The notes under the pieces: model-generated
Told to the model about the DNA's origin: nothing
Database searches by the model: none
Seen by the model: only the letters and a program-made list of their open reading frames with translations
Shown here: one piece after another, positions 31,362-44,387 of the stretch
Position numbering within the stretch: position 1 is the stretch's first letter
Layout: the number at the start of each line of letters is the position of its first letter
Made by a program: the position numbers and the translations under genes
From: Eledone cirrhosa
Taxonomy: Eukaryota
DNA: 64,000 nucleotides
Direction of reading: 5' to 3'
Assembly (NCBI GenBank): GCA_964016885.1
Contig: OZ024740.1
Span: forward strand, 307,582,001 to 307,646,000

Positions 31362-31777
31362 GCATGCGCAAAGAAGACAAAATAAAATAAACAAACAAGC
31401 AAATAAATAAATAAATATATAAACAGACTGAATAAAAATGGCGTAGACATACAACACAACAGGAGGAAAATATAACACCACTGACGATGTTGCAGATGTG
31501 CAACGAAAGATTTATGATAAACTATATATATGTGTTTGTGTCTATATTGTATTTGTATTATTTTTGACCGTCGGTCAGTCAATGGCAACATTGAGGACCG
31601 AGTAAGTTAGATTACCGATATAAAAGACAGCGAGAAGCGAAAACCATCCAAACAGTGAGTGTGTTCTGTTATTAATTCTGGCAATATTACACAAATATGA
31701 CCCTCCCCAAGTATAACAATATTTGTTTCGACACACGATTTCATATAAAAAACCTCGCAAAACTAATTCATCGCCGC
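31358..31777 (+). mobile_element. Solo family E pLTR with HHR at 31476-31519
   Basis: Matches the reverse complement of 11630-11995; CTGACGA t gttgca gatg tgcaac GAAA gatt TA tgat; (TA)n on both sides. Confidence 0.85.
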
Positions 31778-31809
<32 letters not shown>

Positions 31810-32363
31810 AATATATGCTTTTCTGAATCAGATATTTTTAGCGATCTCTTTTATTGAGATGTTATATATATACGTGACAGATTTAATAATGCATAATAAT
31901 AAATACTGCTCCATTAATGCTGAGGTGATTGACAGTCCGCATTGACTGCTATTTCTCGTGACATTTTCGGCCTGTCACTTTATCCGTATGTACTAATATT
32001 TACCTTGTTGATAGATCTACGCATGCATGCAACATTATTGAATTTTGTTTATTTCTTATTACGCCATGCTGGTTCGACGAGAGATGGAGGCAATTTCTCC
32101 CAACTGGCATTTATATTTTTCTCATACCTCACACAATCCCACCGATGATAAAGTACTCTGTTAATGTTGTACATATCAATCTATTGGAATGGTCTGACTT
32201 ATTCTTCTGTTTTAGTCAGGGAATTTTAGTCAGGCTTCCTACTTTTAGGTTGCTTGATTGTGAATATGTCCCTAGGGAAAAATGCTTGTGAAGTGTTCTT
32301 TTTAGAGTGCTTTAATGGGATCTACCCTTCATTGATTTTGCATAAAATGTTCTATATATATAC

Positions 32364-32411
<48 letters not shown>

Positions 32412-32832
32412 GTGTGTGTGCATGTGTACGTACGGCTTTCTGGCTTCAGCAAATAATAAGTATTGTACTTATATATATATATATATATAAAGGAAGACGT
32501 CTAGAGTGGCACCCCAAGGACTTTCGTTACCCCTCATGGGTGCTTGATTTGATTAAGGTAAAAACTAAACCGCAAAATAAAGTATGTATCATTTTCCTAT
32601 CACGAAAGAAATTTTACCTTTTAATTGTAAGCGATTCATTACATATTGCCATCCTAGAATAGATATTGTGTAGTATCCGGTAAAAAATCAATATGGATTT
32701 GAATCGTATCGAAGGTACTTAACTGGAAGATTTCAATCTGCTTTTTGTTGGTTCACATTCCATCTTTGCTTAATTAAGCTGGAGTCATCATTTTGTAGAG
32801 AATAAACGTTATGTAAATACACACACACACAG

Positions 32833-32890
<58 letters not shown>

Positions 32891-32908
32891 ACACACACAT
32901 GTATATAT

Positions 32909-33790
32909 ATTTCACCGAATTTAAATTCATAGAAATCTGGGACTTGTCTCTTTCTTCCTCACTTTCTGTTGCTTCACCATTTTGTTTGTTTACCCTCGCG
33001 TCCCCTTTATTTACGTGTCCCAACGTCTTTTTTTAGCCGTTGCTCGCACCAACCGGAGGTATATGGTCTTTAAAGCGATGAAATGCCTATGATGGTTGGA
33101 AGATCACTGATGAAGGACAAACTTTTTTCATATGTAACCCATTTGCAACTCCGCAGCGCCCTTATTTTCATATTTACACATATTTTTTCCTCTGCTGCTA
33201 CATGTCTTTTTCGTTCTATGTATCTTTACCCTTTCTAGCAGTCTCTCTCTCTCTGTTAGCCTCTTCCTCACCCTTCACTCACTCATTCTCTGTCACTACC
33301 TCTCCTCCTCCTCTTTCTTCCCGTTTGACCTGTGTATAATTCTTTTCTCCCGCACGCTGGCCAAGCTGGTATGAATTTTTTCTCTCTCTCGTCTACGATT
33401 TCACAGAACTTATGTTTACCGAATTCGCAGACCAGACCCCTTCTTCCTCCCGTTAGACCTGTGCGAAATTCCTTCCTTGCTCACATTTCAACCAGGTTTG
33501 ATGGTCTTTATTCTCTCGTTCACGATTTCACCGAATTTAAATTCATAGAAATCTGGGACTTGTCTCTTTCTTCCTCACTTTCTGTTGCCTCACCATTTTG
33601 TTTGTTTACCCTCGCGTCCCCTTTATTTACGTGTCCCAACGTCTTTTTTTAGCCGTTGCTCGCACCAACCGGAGGTATATGGTCTTTAAAGCGATGAAAT
33701 GCCTATGATGGTTGGAAGATCACTGATGAAGGACAAACTTTTTTCATATGTAACCCATTTGCAACTCCGCAGCGCCCTTATTTTCATATT

Positions 33791-33792
<2 letters not shown>
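32909..33792. repeat. Partial tandem duplication (period 616 bp, 268-bp near-identical repeats)
   Basis: 32909-33176 equals 33525-33792; diverged relative at ~25220-25345. Confidence 0.85.
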
Positions 33793-33857
<65 letters not shown>

Positions 33858-33860
<3 letters not shown>

Positions 33861-34616
33861 TCATCAGGTCGAGCTTGCTCGGCTTTCTACGACACGCTTC
33901 CTCCATTCATCTCTGTCTCTCATAGCGTTTGCCAGTTCTTCCGCAGTGCATCCAGTATCGTCCTCAAGTTGCTTGACGTATGTCTTCTTGGGACGACCAG
34001 CGTTTCTTGCTCCATGAGATGGACTCCATAACAACACATCACCTGCTATTTCTTCCTTGCTGCGCCAACAGTGGCCAGCAAATCTGAGTCTCTGTCCACG
34101 TATTGACCTGCTGATAGGTGGTATATTGCCATAGAGATCCTTATTTGTTGGTTGTTCCCTCCAAGACACGTTTAAAGCAGCGCGGAGCATACGTGTGTAT
34201 GTCACGTCTAGCTTTTTCTCCAGTTTCGACGTTAGCGTCCAAGTGATAGAGTCATAAGCAAGCACAGATTCCACAGCAGCTCTGAAGAAATTCCTTTGAA
34301 GAAATTCGTTTGACCGGCAGGTTTGATTTCCATATCTTTTCCATTGTATTCAATGCTCCCCAGGCTTTTCCCAGTCTGATGTTAACATCATGTTCTGTGG
34401 AGGCGATATAGCTACCCAGGTATTTAAAGTCGTCAACTTGCTTGATTATATCGCCGTTTAGACTTCGCATACCAACTGAGGAGTCTTGGTTCAGGCAAAT
34501 ATATTCTATTTTGCCTGCGTTGACATAGAGTCCAATTTCCTTTGCAACTGATTCGATGCTGTGAAGTAGTGATGTTGCATCCTTAAGGTAGTCAGCGAGG
34601 ACCGCTAAATCATAAG
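33858..34616 (-). pseudogene. RTE LINE RT C-terminal fragment with (GAT)n tail
   Basis: DLAVLADYL..VDDFKYLGSYI..ESVLAY..WTLT..YTRMLRAALNVSW..RLRFAGHCWR..GRPKKTY. Confidence 0.9.
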
Positions 34617-34674
<58 letters not shown>

Positions 34675-34679
<5 letters not shown>

Positions 34680-35153
34680 TCTATCACTCTCCCCTCTCCT
34701 ACCGACCACATGGATATATATGTATGTATATTGCTTCCACCCCCTCACTGACCAGCAGCTGGCCATCTGGCCATTGCTAAATCTGACCTTAAAAAAACCC
34801 ACTCCCCACAAATAATTCCTCATTCACTACCAGAAAGGGACACACAGCAGTCAACTTGCTGCTACCAAGATGAAAACTACTATGAAATCCCACACTGAAT
34901 TTTATACTTGAATTTTCAAATCTCAAATTTTAACTCTTCTTATTATTAATTTTTCTTAATATTAATCAACATTTGAAAAGATGGCTTTTGCAGACCCATC
35001 GAAACCGGTCATTTTTTATACCCTTTATTCTTTCCTTACCTTATAAAATTATATGTTTTTTCACAAAAAAGTATTCTGTCTCTTATATATTCCATGTGCC
35101 ATTACCAACCTCAATTTTCTCTATAACCTTCGTTTTGTGTAGAAACTTACACT

Positions 35154-35160
<7 letters not shown>
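34675..35160 (+). mobile_element. (TA)n-flanked insert with degenerate HHR
   Basis: ttgaaaa gatgg..ccatc GAAA ccg GTC at 34973-35010; palindromic ACCGGT stem III, decayed 5' core. Confidence 0.45.
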
Positions 35161-35217
<57 letters not shown>

Positions 35218-35780
35218 CTTATGATTTAGCGGTCCTCGCTGACTACCTTAAGGATGCAACATCACTACTTCATATATATATATATATATATATATATAAC
35301 TTTCCAGGTGCAAATCCCATGATCGTTCGAGATCGAAGGGCGTCTTTACACTTTACCCTTTATATATATATAACGGGTAACGCTTTAAGTAGGATGAAAT
35401 TATCTGTAATCTGTAATCTGATAATTACAACCGAGCCATGCTTCGGCACTCATCTGAACCTGTATATATGTATATATATCTTTGACTAGGTTTCTTTGGT
35501 CTTACGTAATCGAATTGTACATTTCGTGATAATAAACCACTATGTAGTCACTCTACTAAAGATCTAATGTACATTAAGTTAAGAATTTAGTGGTTTGTGC
35601 CTGCTTTTCAGGAATTAAAAATTACAAATAAGTTAATACTAGTGAATCGGTTGCAAATAAATTACAAATTCTGAAGCAAACGTTAACCAAAATATACCTA
35701 TCAATCCTCAATTTTTGGTCAGAAACTTTGGATACAGAAGCTGTGGCTTATTTTCTTAGTACTCCTATATAGATTAATAG

Positions 35781-35940
35781 GCAAGGTGGTGAATTGGGAG
35801 AGTCGTTAGAACGTCGAATAGAATGATTTGCGGTAGTAGTTTCGGCTCTCTGCTCTCTGAGTTCAAATCCCAGCGAGGTCAACTTTGCCTTTCATCTTTT
35901 CGAAATCAATAAAAAAAAGTACGAGTCGAGTACTAGGTCG
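35781..35940 (+). mobile_element. Diverged tRNA-derived SINE
   Basis: ctgagttcaaatccc..gaggtcaactttgcctttcatc. Confidence 0.7.
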
Positions 35941-37329
35941 ATTCTTCCTCTATATCTCTTTCTTAACTTCCTCTTTCTCACTATTTATCCTTCTCTGGAA
36001 GAAATCTGTTGTATTCAGACCTGAAGAAGGAAGAAAAATGTCTTAGAAATGCCGTATGTCAATATGGCGTCCCTACGCCTCCTTCAGGAGTTATGGGACC
36101 ATGTATGTATGCATGCATATAGAATTTACCAGGAACAAATTTTAATTTTTTCTTCGGGCTTAATAATATCTCTAAACAGTATATCTGATCATGTTATAGG
36201 GAAATAGATGAGTGGATTGTCTGTGAGGTGAATAATACGTTAAGGAATGATGTGCTGAAAAGAATTTTCATATTTTTATATTTCCTATTTATAAAACATT
36301 GCGTATTCGGTGATATATTCCTCCATAAATTCAATGAAATAACTTAGTTAAAGTATCATTTTGTAATCTCCGGCCGAATGCTCTATTCTGAAATATTTTG
36401 TTAATTACTAAAGAATAAAAAAACAAACAAACATTCATGAATTTGTTTGCAGTGTTTTCATTATAAGAGCTTTGTTTTAAAAATACAATAGAATAGCAAG
36501 GACGTGAGCCACAACCGTAAACAGCCATAATCAACATGAATTGGCATATCATTATGAGTGACCATTAATAGAACACGAATGACTTGCATAGCTGCCTGGG
36601 TGCTTTTTATCACTACCACATTCTTAAAATTTTACTGAACCTTTGTACTTACTCAATATCTTTGACCTACATTAAAAAAATAACAATAATAACTGAGAAA
36701 TCGAGGGAGAGGGAGTAAGGGAAACAAGAAGAGAAAAAGAGAAAGAGAAAGGGAGACATGGAGAGAGAGAGAGAGAAAGAAAGAGAGAAAGAGAGAAAAG
36801 GAGAGAGAACGGGGTAGTTATCTGTCTGTCCAACATGGTCTATGCTGTTTTTCCTCTGCCACGTCATTGCCGCTTTCTTCGAGGACAACGTGACAATGAG
36901 TCAAGCAGACGACGCATAAGTTGCCTCGATATAGAGAGAAACAAGTTATGAGTAGATTACATTTGTTTCAAATTCGAAAGAAAACAACCAGAAAATTCTA
37001 TTTGAAATCACTGACCTAAATACAACATCCTACCCATTTTATCGACGAGTTTCCATTATGGCAAAAATATAATTAGAAGTTTTGAAGTCATTGTTTTAAT
37101 AAAATCGTATATCCCACGCCTTGGACATAAACAGAAAATAAGTGCAAGCTAGTTAGGAGATATCTACTGAGCACATTTAATTTCAAATATATTGATAGGC
37201 ATTGTATAAAAGCTTTGTTGTATAATGAATATACAAAGGAATTCTACAAAACCAGTTTCAGTTGTATGCACCATACTTAAGAACATATATTACGTCTCCT
37301 TTTAGATTAGTTTATATATATATATGTAT

Positions 37330-37560
37330 GTAACAGGTAAATAGAAATAACAACACAATCGTGTGGAGCACAGTATGTGGAAGGACTATATTAGGTTAAC
37401 GCTTGAAATAGTAGGAAGAGGGTCTTAACGTTTCGGACGCTAGTCCTTCATCAGAAGAAAGAATAAGAAATTAGATAGATTGAAGGGACGGGTGGGGCGG
37501 AATCGGAAAAAATGTTTTTAGAGAAAAATAACAGGTCCATTCAAGTTGCCATCTCTTGGA
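37330..37560 (-). mobile_element. Family C element with intact minimal HHR at 37423-37458
   Basis: tctt CTGATGA a ggac tagc gtcc GAAA cg TT aaga; ACGT palindromic stem III. Confidence 0.8.
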
Positions 37561-37724
37561 AAACTATATATATATATATATATATAATTATTTTTATTAC
37601 TTTCAAAGTAAAGGGTGTCATGAATGATACAAAATCAAACATATGTCTTGTTTCTAAAAACAGCTCAAGATAGAATTCAGAGAATAAAATCGACCCTTAA
37701 TCATTATAAAAAAGTGATTGAAAA

Positions 37725-38075
37725 ATATTCATACACAGATAAGTGCGCACTAAGACATATCAAAACATAGAACTAGAGACAATCTACACTGAAAGTAAGA
37801 CTACATAATTCGTTGAGTATCTTATTAAATTTAATTTAAAAAATTATAACAAAATACCTGATATCGATCAAATATATTACCCTTTAAATTTAATAAGATA
37901 CTCAACGAATTATGTAGTCCTACTTTCAGTGTAGATTGTCTCTAGTTCTATGTTTTGATATGTCTTAGTGAACACTTATCTGTGTATGAATATAGATATA
38001 TAGATATTTAATATAGAAATGGCTTCTACAGGACTAGAACTGTTTCATTCGGGAGAAATCATCAGGAAGTCCTGT
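37725..38075 (-). mobile_element. Fold-back element (110-bp arms) with adjacent HHR-like motif
   Basis: Arms 37725-37834 / 37884-37993; minus 38075-38028 acaggacttc CTGATGA tttctcccgaat GAAA cagtt ctagtcctgt. Confidence 0.65.
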
Positions 38076-38940
38076 CGTGTTTGCGGATGTTTGCGCCTCA
38101 CTTACCAGACTTTTAACGACAAGCACTAACCTCGTTGCTAGCACCTTAGCCAAACTCTGAAACTCTGTGTTTAGCAGTTATGGGCCTGAAGGTTTCTAAA
38201 ACATCCCCTTGTTCTCGTCTGTCCTCATCAGCGTTACTACGCCCCAACTCACAGAACTGGGAATTCTCCCATTCTGCTGCCAGTTGCAGTAAACTACTTC
38301 GAGAACATAGGAGAGGAAATCTGACATGTCAACTTAAAACTCATAGAGCCGACCACCTAAACCGGGCAATTTGTGCTTCGTGCAGCCGACCAGGGCTTCC
38401 CGTACCTCAGCTGCTGTTCTGGGCTTTCCCAGCACTCCGTATCTGCCGTCGAGAGCCGTGGTAGGCCGTCGAGAGTCGTGGTAGGCCATCAAGAGTCATG
38501 GTAGGCAGTTGAGAGTCGTGGAAGGCCGTCGTGGTAGAAAGTGAAGTCCGCTATCGTCTCCGACCCACCAGTTGCCCTGAACAGTCGTGCAAAGTGACGC
38601 TGAAAAGCCACACACGTCTGCTTGGAATTAAGCAGCACACACCTGTCTCGGTTAGTCAAAGACCAAATTGTAGTTTCCTCTGCCAATTTGGCCCAGCTTT
38701 CGAACAGTTTACGTTCCCTCGTTTCTTAGAGTACGTCTCTACTCTAATCGCTGTCATGAGAGCGCCTCACAACCTGTTGTTAACGACTGCCCCTGTCAAC
38801 CGGTATTTACTATTTGGAATCGCGTACACTATATGCTATCTTTCTCTTCTAACCAAATGAGAAACCTATCTAAATATGATCTAGATGACCCTATGCAATT
38901 GGACCACATCCACACTGGCACATTCGGAAAATCTAGTAGT
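38076..38940 (-). pseudogene. Tx1/L1-clade ORF2 fragment (end of APE, linker, start of RT)
   Basis: GSSRSYLDR; AFQRHFARLF..GLPRLST; EVREAL..PGLGG..YEF; NWQQNGRIP..GVVTL..FRPIT..AKVLATRL. Confidence 0.8.
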
Positions 38941-39133
38941 TGAAACTGTTGAAACTACTCGTGGCTTTTATATTAGGAGTTCCCACGTTTTTGTTTTTTT
39001 TTTGTATTTATGTGTTTTGTTTTAGTTGTGGTTGGTTGTGTTGCCTGATTCTTTGGGCATGTGTGTATTCTTTTAGTGTTTTAGGTCTGTGTTTCCTCTT
39101 CTTCATAGTTGCAATTAAATATATATATACATA

Positions 39134-39323
39134 TAGGAACGAGTAGGACGCCGACGGCTGGCTCAAGCCGTTTCGACGGCTAATAGTCCAGAATTAGCCG
39201 TCGAAACGGCTTGAGCTCAGCCGTCGGGGTCCTACTCGTTCCTATTACCCACTCTACTACCCTAAGTATTGAGTACTTTGGTGCGTTATGGTCCACCTGG
39301 TTCCTTACCACATTTCCTTCGTT
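39134..39323 (+). mobile_element. Family A element with fold-back head
   Basis: 39134-39184 is inverted against 39192-39246. Confidence 0.8.
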
Positions 39324-39331
39324 ATATATAC

Positions 39332-39362
<31 letters not shown>

Positions 39363-40562
39363 CATATATATACATATATATATATACATATATATATACA
39401 TATATAAGATTAATTTATTAACATAAGAGATCTGTCTAACTTATATGTTGAGTGCAATGAATTATGTATGAATAGTATGTGAGTTATATATGCAAGTATA
39501 ACTTGATGGATAGATTAATGACATTGTAAATGAGGGATGTATTTGTCTGCCCTAGAGATGTATTTGGCTTTGCCATACGCTGCTCTAGAACTTACCAGGA
39601 GTTATGTAGCCATAATTCTAATAGGTCCCTTGACATGTTCTGAGAGTAAACTACATTTGTAGTGAACTTTGATATAAAGATATGGCTCTTTGTATGGAGT
39701 ATTCAGTTGTAGCACTGTATGATACCTTTAGTACATCATGATAGAGTAGACTGTATTTAAAATTGGAAACTGGATATAAATATATAACCGTCTATATAAG
39801 GGACTCAATTGAGGCGCCTTATAATGTATGTTAGAACAATGAATTTAGTTATGGTAATCAGCTAGTTACCTCCCCTTACGCATTAACTCCCCTTAATTAC
39901 ACACTTACTTCCGGATAATAAACCGCTGTAAATTCTCGCAGCAGAATCAACCTATTCTATAAATTTGGATTAAATAACACTGAGCCGCAATAACCTAAAA
40001 TAATTTTATTTAATGCATCAAACATCCAATACGGAATCATCGTTACTTATGTGATGGATGTAAAAACTATGTATTACTTTTCATGAATGTGAAAATGGTG
40101 GTGGATACGAAAACCATAACTTTGTTTTGCTTCTCCTTTTATTTTTATTTTTCTGCACACATACTTTTTTATTATATACAAAATATACCTTACCACTACA
40201 ACCACCATAATGCTCTTACTTACCCGCTTAAAGTGTTTGTATTACATGTAACACCCTACCACACAATAATCATATATAAATGGGACACACTTGCATGCCC
40301 CACGTGTAACTAACGCATACACTAACTACTACATCTGACTAACAAACTATTCTCTTGCATTATCTGTGTTATCTGCCGAATGTATTTTAATTTTGTTTTA
40401 ATTTTGTTTTAATTTTAATTTTGATTTGATTTTGAATTTGAATTACTATACAGAAATAATATAGTATAATATATGTCACTCCACTGTACATCAATATATA
40501 TATATGTATCTATGTCTCTTGCGTTGGAAAGGAAGTCAATTATGTGTACAAACATTGAAAAA

Positions 40563-40609
40563 TGCTCCGAAGAATCCAAGCCTAGGTTTGGATGAAACAA
40601 TTGTAAGTG
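40563..40609 (+). ncRNA. Hammerhead ribozyme with CCGAAGA core variant
   Basis: tgct CCGAAGA atccaagc ctag gtttggat GAAA caatt GTA agtg, followed by AATAAA. Confidence 0.7.
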
Positions 40610-40806
40610 AATAAATGCTTTGAACAAAGCTTTGATTCTTGTGAATTCTATATAACTGCTCTGTAGAACAACTAATGTTATTACATTGAGCTATTTATCT
40701 TACTGGTAATAAGGTAGTAGTAAATTACTGACCTTCACTGTTTAGGGTTTAAAATAACTATAAAAAGTTTTAGTATATACATAACCATAAATAGTATCCT
40801 TAATAT

Positions 40807-40893
<87 letters not shown>

Positions 40894-41093
40894 CAATACC
40901 CGAATTACTTGATCGTTTTTTTATCGTTTTTTTGGCTATGCGAATGATTGTTTAACCATCGTCTCAGTGTGTTTGGCCTTTAACGTTTGTTATAGCTCTG
41001 GTTCTTCTGAATCATTGAGCACTTGCCGCACATCTCGGAGGTTGTTTTTCGTTATTTCGTGGGCCGAAATGCGAATCTCGATAATTTATGTTT

Positions 41094-41129
<36 letters not shown>

Positions 41130-41142
<13 letters not shown>

Positions 41143-41399
41143 TGTAGTTGTCTGTGTGTGTGTCCTCAATTTTTGCAAATTCTATACAAATCCACATTTC
41201 TCCTCCGATTGACTTCAAACTTGCATTTATATATTCCTGCAGCTTTTATTTTTCAAATTTCTGTTGTTAAAGGGGTGTTAGGCGCCGGTTATCGATCTCC
41301 GTCGCGCCCTTATAATATCTGTCCCTATGCCTAGCTGTCTGCATAACGACATTATGATCAGCACGTCATTGCTGACGTATTATCTTCTTCGCCACATTC

Positions 41400-41400
<1 letters not shown>
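41130..41400 (+). mobile_element. Helitron-like 5' fragment
   Basis: tatatataaaactgtagttgtctgtgtg start; 41304-41358 is similar to the reverse complement of 52594-52640 inside the Helitron. Confidence 0.5.
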
Positions 41401-41960
<560 letters not shown>

Positions 41961-42255
41961 TGCACATTAAAATCTATCTATCTATCTATCTATCTAGGGC
42001 GGGTAAAATTCCCGAGATCCATGGACGAGTTCTCTCCAGCGTGGGTTTTAGCCGTGTAAAAAAGGTTATAACAAGAAGATAGAAATATAAAAAAATTCAA
42101 AAATTCCGCAATAGGGGGAAACTTCCGAGGGTCACTCGTGGCGAAAACCACACAAAAGACCACAGCTACCATGACCACCAGGGCAAGCGCCCTCTTTCAG
42201 TTTTACACTCTTCAGTCTACAGGCGCATAATCAGAGCGGCCCGGTCAAGCGCTGG

Positions 42256-42765
42256 AAATGTCTAGATGCTCGGCACCGCTCTCAAGGAATATGAAGCAGT
42301 GACAGGAGCAAAGTTAAACCAGGAAAAGTTGGTGGGCTTGCAGCTCGGCACCTGGAAAGACAAGTCCATGCCGCCCGACAGCGTCGTGGGGCGCTGGACA
42401 GAAGGACCGGTTAAATTGCTCGGGGTCTGGTTCGGTCCGGACCTCCAGATGGAGAAAAACTGCAGGTGCGAGGTGACGAACAGGGTGGCCTCTCTCACCT
42501 AGAAATGAGCCGAGAGAAAGCTGTCCCTGAAAGGTCGGGCTGAGGTGGCGAATGCGTTCACCGCATCCGTTGTGCCTTGCCCCGGCCCAACTCTGACAAA
42601 AATGGAGCGCCTCCTCTTCCACTTCTTATGGAAGGCACGTGCTCCCATGGTCAGACGATCCATCTGCTGTCAACACCCGTTGCGTGGAGGGCTGGGCATG
42701 CCGTGGCTGATGATGCGCAAACACGCGCTGAGGCTGCGACATCTCTGGTGCTTCCTTGACGGTGC
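42256..42765 (+). pseudogene. Tx1/L1-clade RT C-terminal fragment
   Basis: YEAVTGAKLN.EK; VKLLGVWFG; RKLSLKGRAEVAN; FHFLWK; RGGLGMP. Confidence 0.85.
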
Positions 42766-42919
42766 AAAAATGAGGACACACACACACAGACAAATTCATT
42801 ATATGTCTGTATAGATATACATACATACACAAACACATATGCACATATATATATACACACATATACATATATATAAATATACACATATACATATATATAA
42901 ATATACACATAAAAATATA

Positions 42920-43170
42920 TCTATCTATCTATCTAGGGCGGGTAAGATTCCCGAGATTCATGGACGAGTTCTCTCCAGCGGTCTCTGTCCCTCATTATCG
43001 CTGCCATATCCTGCGTCTCCAACATATCAATGTCTGTCATTAGGGCATCAACATATGTTAATTTCGGTCTTCCTCTTCCAGTGTGTCCATGCAGGGGCTC
43101 CCACAGGAGCACTGAGTGCAGTGTCAACTCTGAATGTCGGTGAGCATGTCCAGTTCGCGAGTCTTTAACA
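42920..43170 (-). pseudogene. RTE LINE 3' end with (TAGA)n tail (same family as 58888-60456)
   Basis: [48 protein letters not shown]; short second copy at 41974-42041. Confidence 0.85.
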
Positions 43171-43399
43171 GGCACAGACAAATAAACGTTTCTCATTGGG
43201 GAAGTGTTATTACCAATGTTCTTACTCGTGCAACACAGGGATACACTGCTAGTATATATATATATATACATGTATGTGTGTGTCTGTATCTGTGTGTGTC
43301 TGTACGTGCGCGTGTGAACACATTAACAGTTTGGAATGCAAGTCAATGTTGACAAGACAAAAATCCTAATCCAGCCAACTTTCCTCTCTTGATTCCATG

Positions 43400-43845
43400 T
43401 TGTCAAACGTAATTACCTGTGAAAAGGACATCAATAATAGAGTGAAGGTTGTTCTCAATGCTAATACACAGAATCTTTAAAAATCAGTCTCACTCTCAAA
43501 ACGAAAGTCAATGTCTTTAAAACATTCTCCACATTAACTCGAAAAATGACGTTACAAACAAGGTCCTCTTCAGAACTTCCCTCTCCAGCATTGAGACTAT
43601 AATACTACGCCATCGCGTGTACTGGTCAGGACATTGCCAGAATGGGCCCTACTAGGTTGCTACGAACCGTCCACTTTCGAGAATTGCAAAGGACTTGTGG
43701 TGCACCCAAGCAACGTTTTAAGGATAAACTCAAGTCATCTCTGATCCAAAACATAAATCAGCCGAGATATTTGGGAGGAGACATTTGTAAATCGTATAAC
43801 TTGGAGAACAACCGCCATTAAAGGTTCAAATGATTCCGAAAACCA
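43400..43845 (+). pseudogene. Decayed RTE LINE C-terminal fragment
   Basis: GAPKQRFKDKLKSSL..WEETFVNRITWR. Confidence 0.65.
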
Positions 43846-43846
43846 A

Positions 43847-43882
<36 letters not shown>

Positions 43883-43947
43883 ATTTTATATATATATATA
43901 TATAGAAGTGGTTACACAACAGTTAGTTCACCATACCGAGAACAATA

Positions 43948-44163
43948 GGTAATAGGAAAATGTTTAACCCCCACGGCAGAGCTCAAGCCATTTCGACGGC
44001 TATTTCTGGACTAAGTGACACTTTAGTCCAGAAATAGCCGTCGAAACGGCTTAAGCTCTGCCGTCGGGGTTAAACATTTTCCTATTACCCACTCTACTAC
44101 CCTAAGTATTGAGTACTCTGGTGCGTTATGGTCCATCTGGTTCCTTACCACACCTCCTTCGTT
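43948..44163 (+). mobile_element. Family A element with ~70-bp fold-back head
   Basis: Palindrome centred on ggactaagtg-a-cactttagtcc. Confidence 0.8.
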
Positions 44164-44308
44164 ATATATATAGATATATTACATTTGTTTAGGTGTGGCG
44201 CACGTTTTGCGATTGATCAGCTCAAGGTTTGATCTGTGTCGATCGGGTCTGACTCTGGAATAAAATTTTCATCAGAATTCTGTTATCGTAATGACGGAAT
44301 GTTTCTTG

Positions 44309-44348
<40 letters not shown>

Positions 44349-44387
44349 TATATGTGTGTGTGTGTATGTATGTATACATGTATGTAT

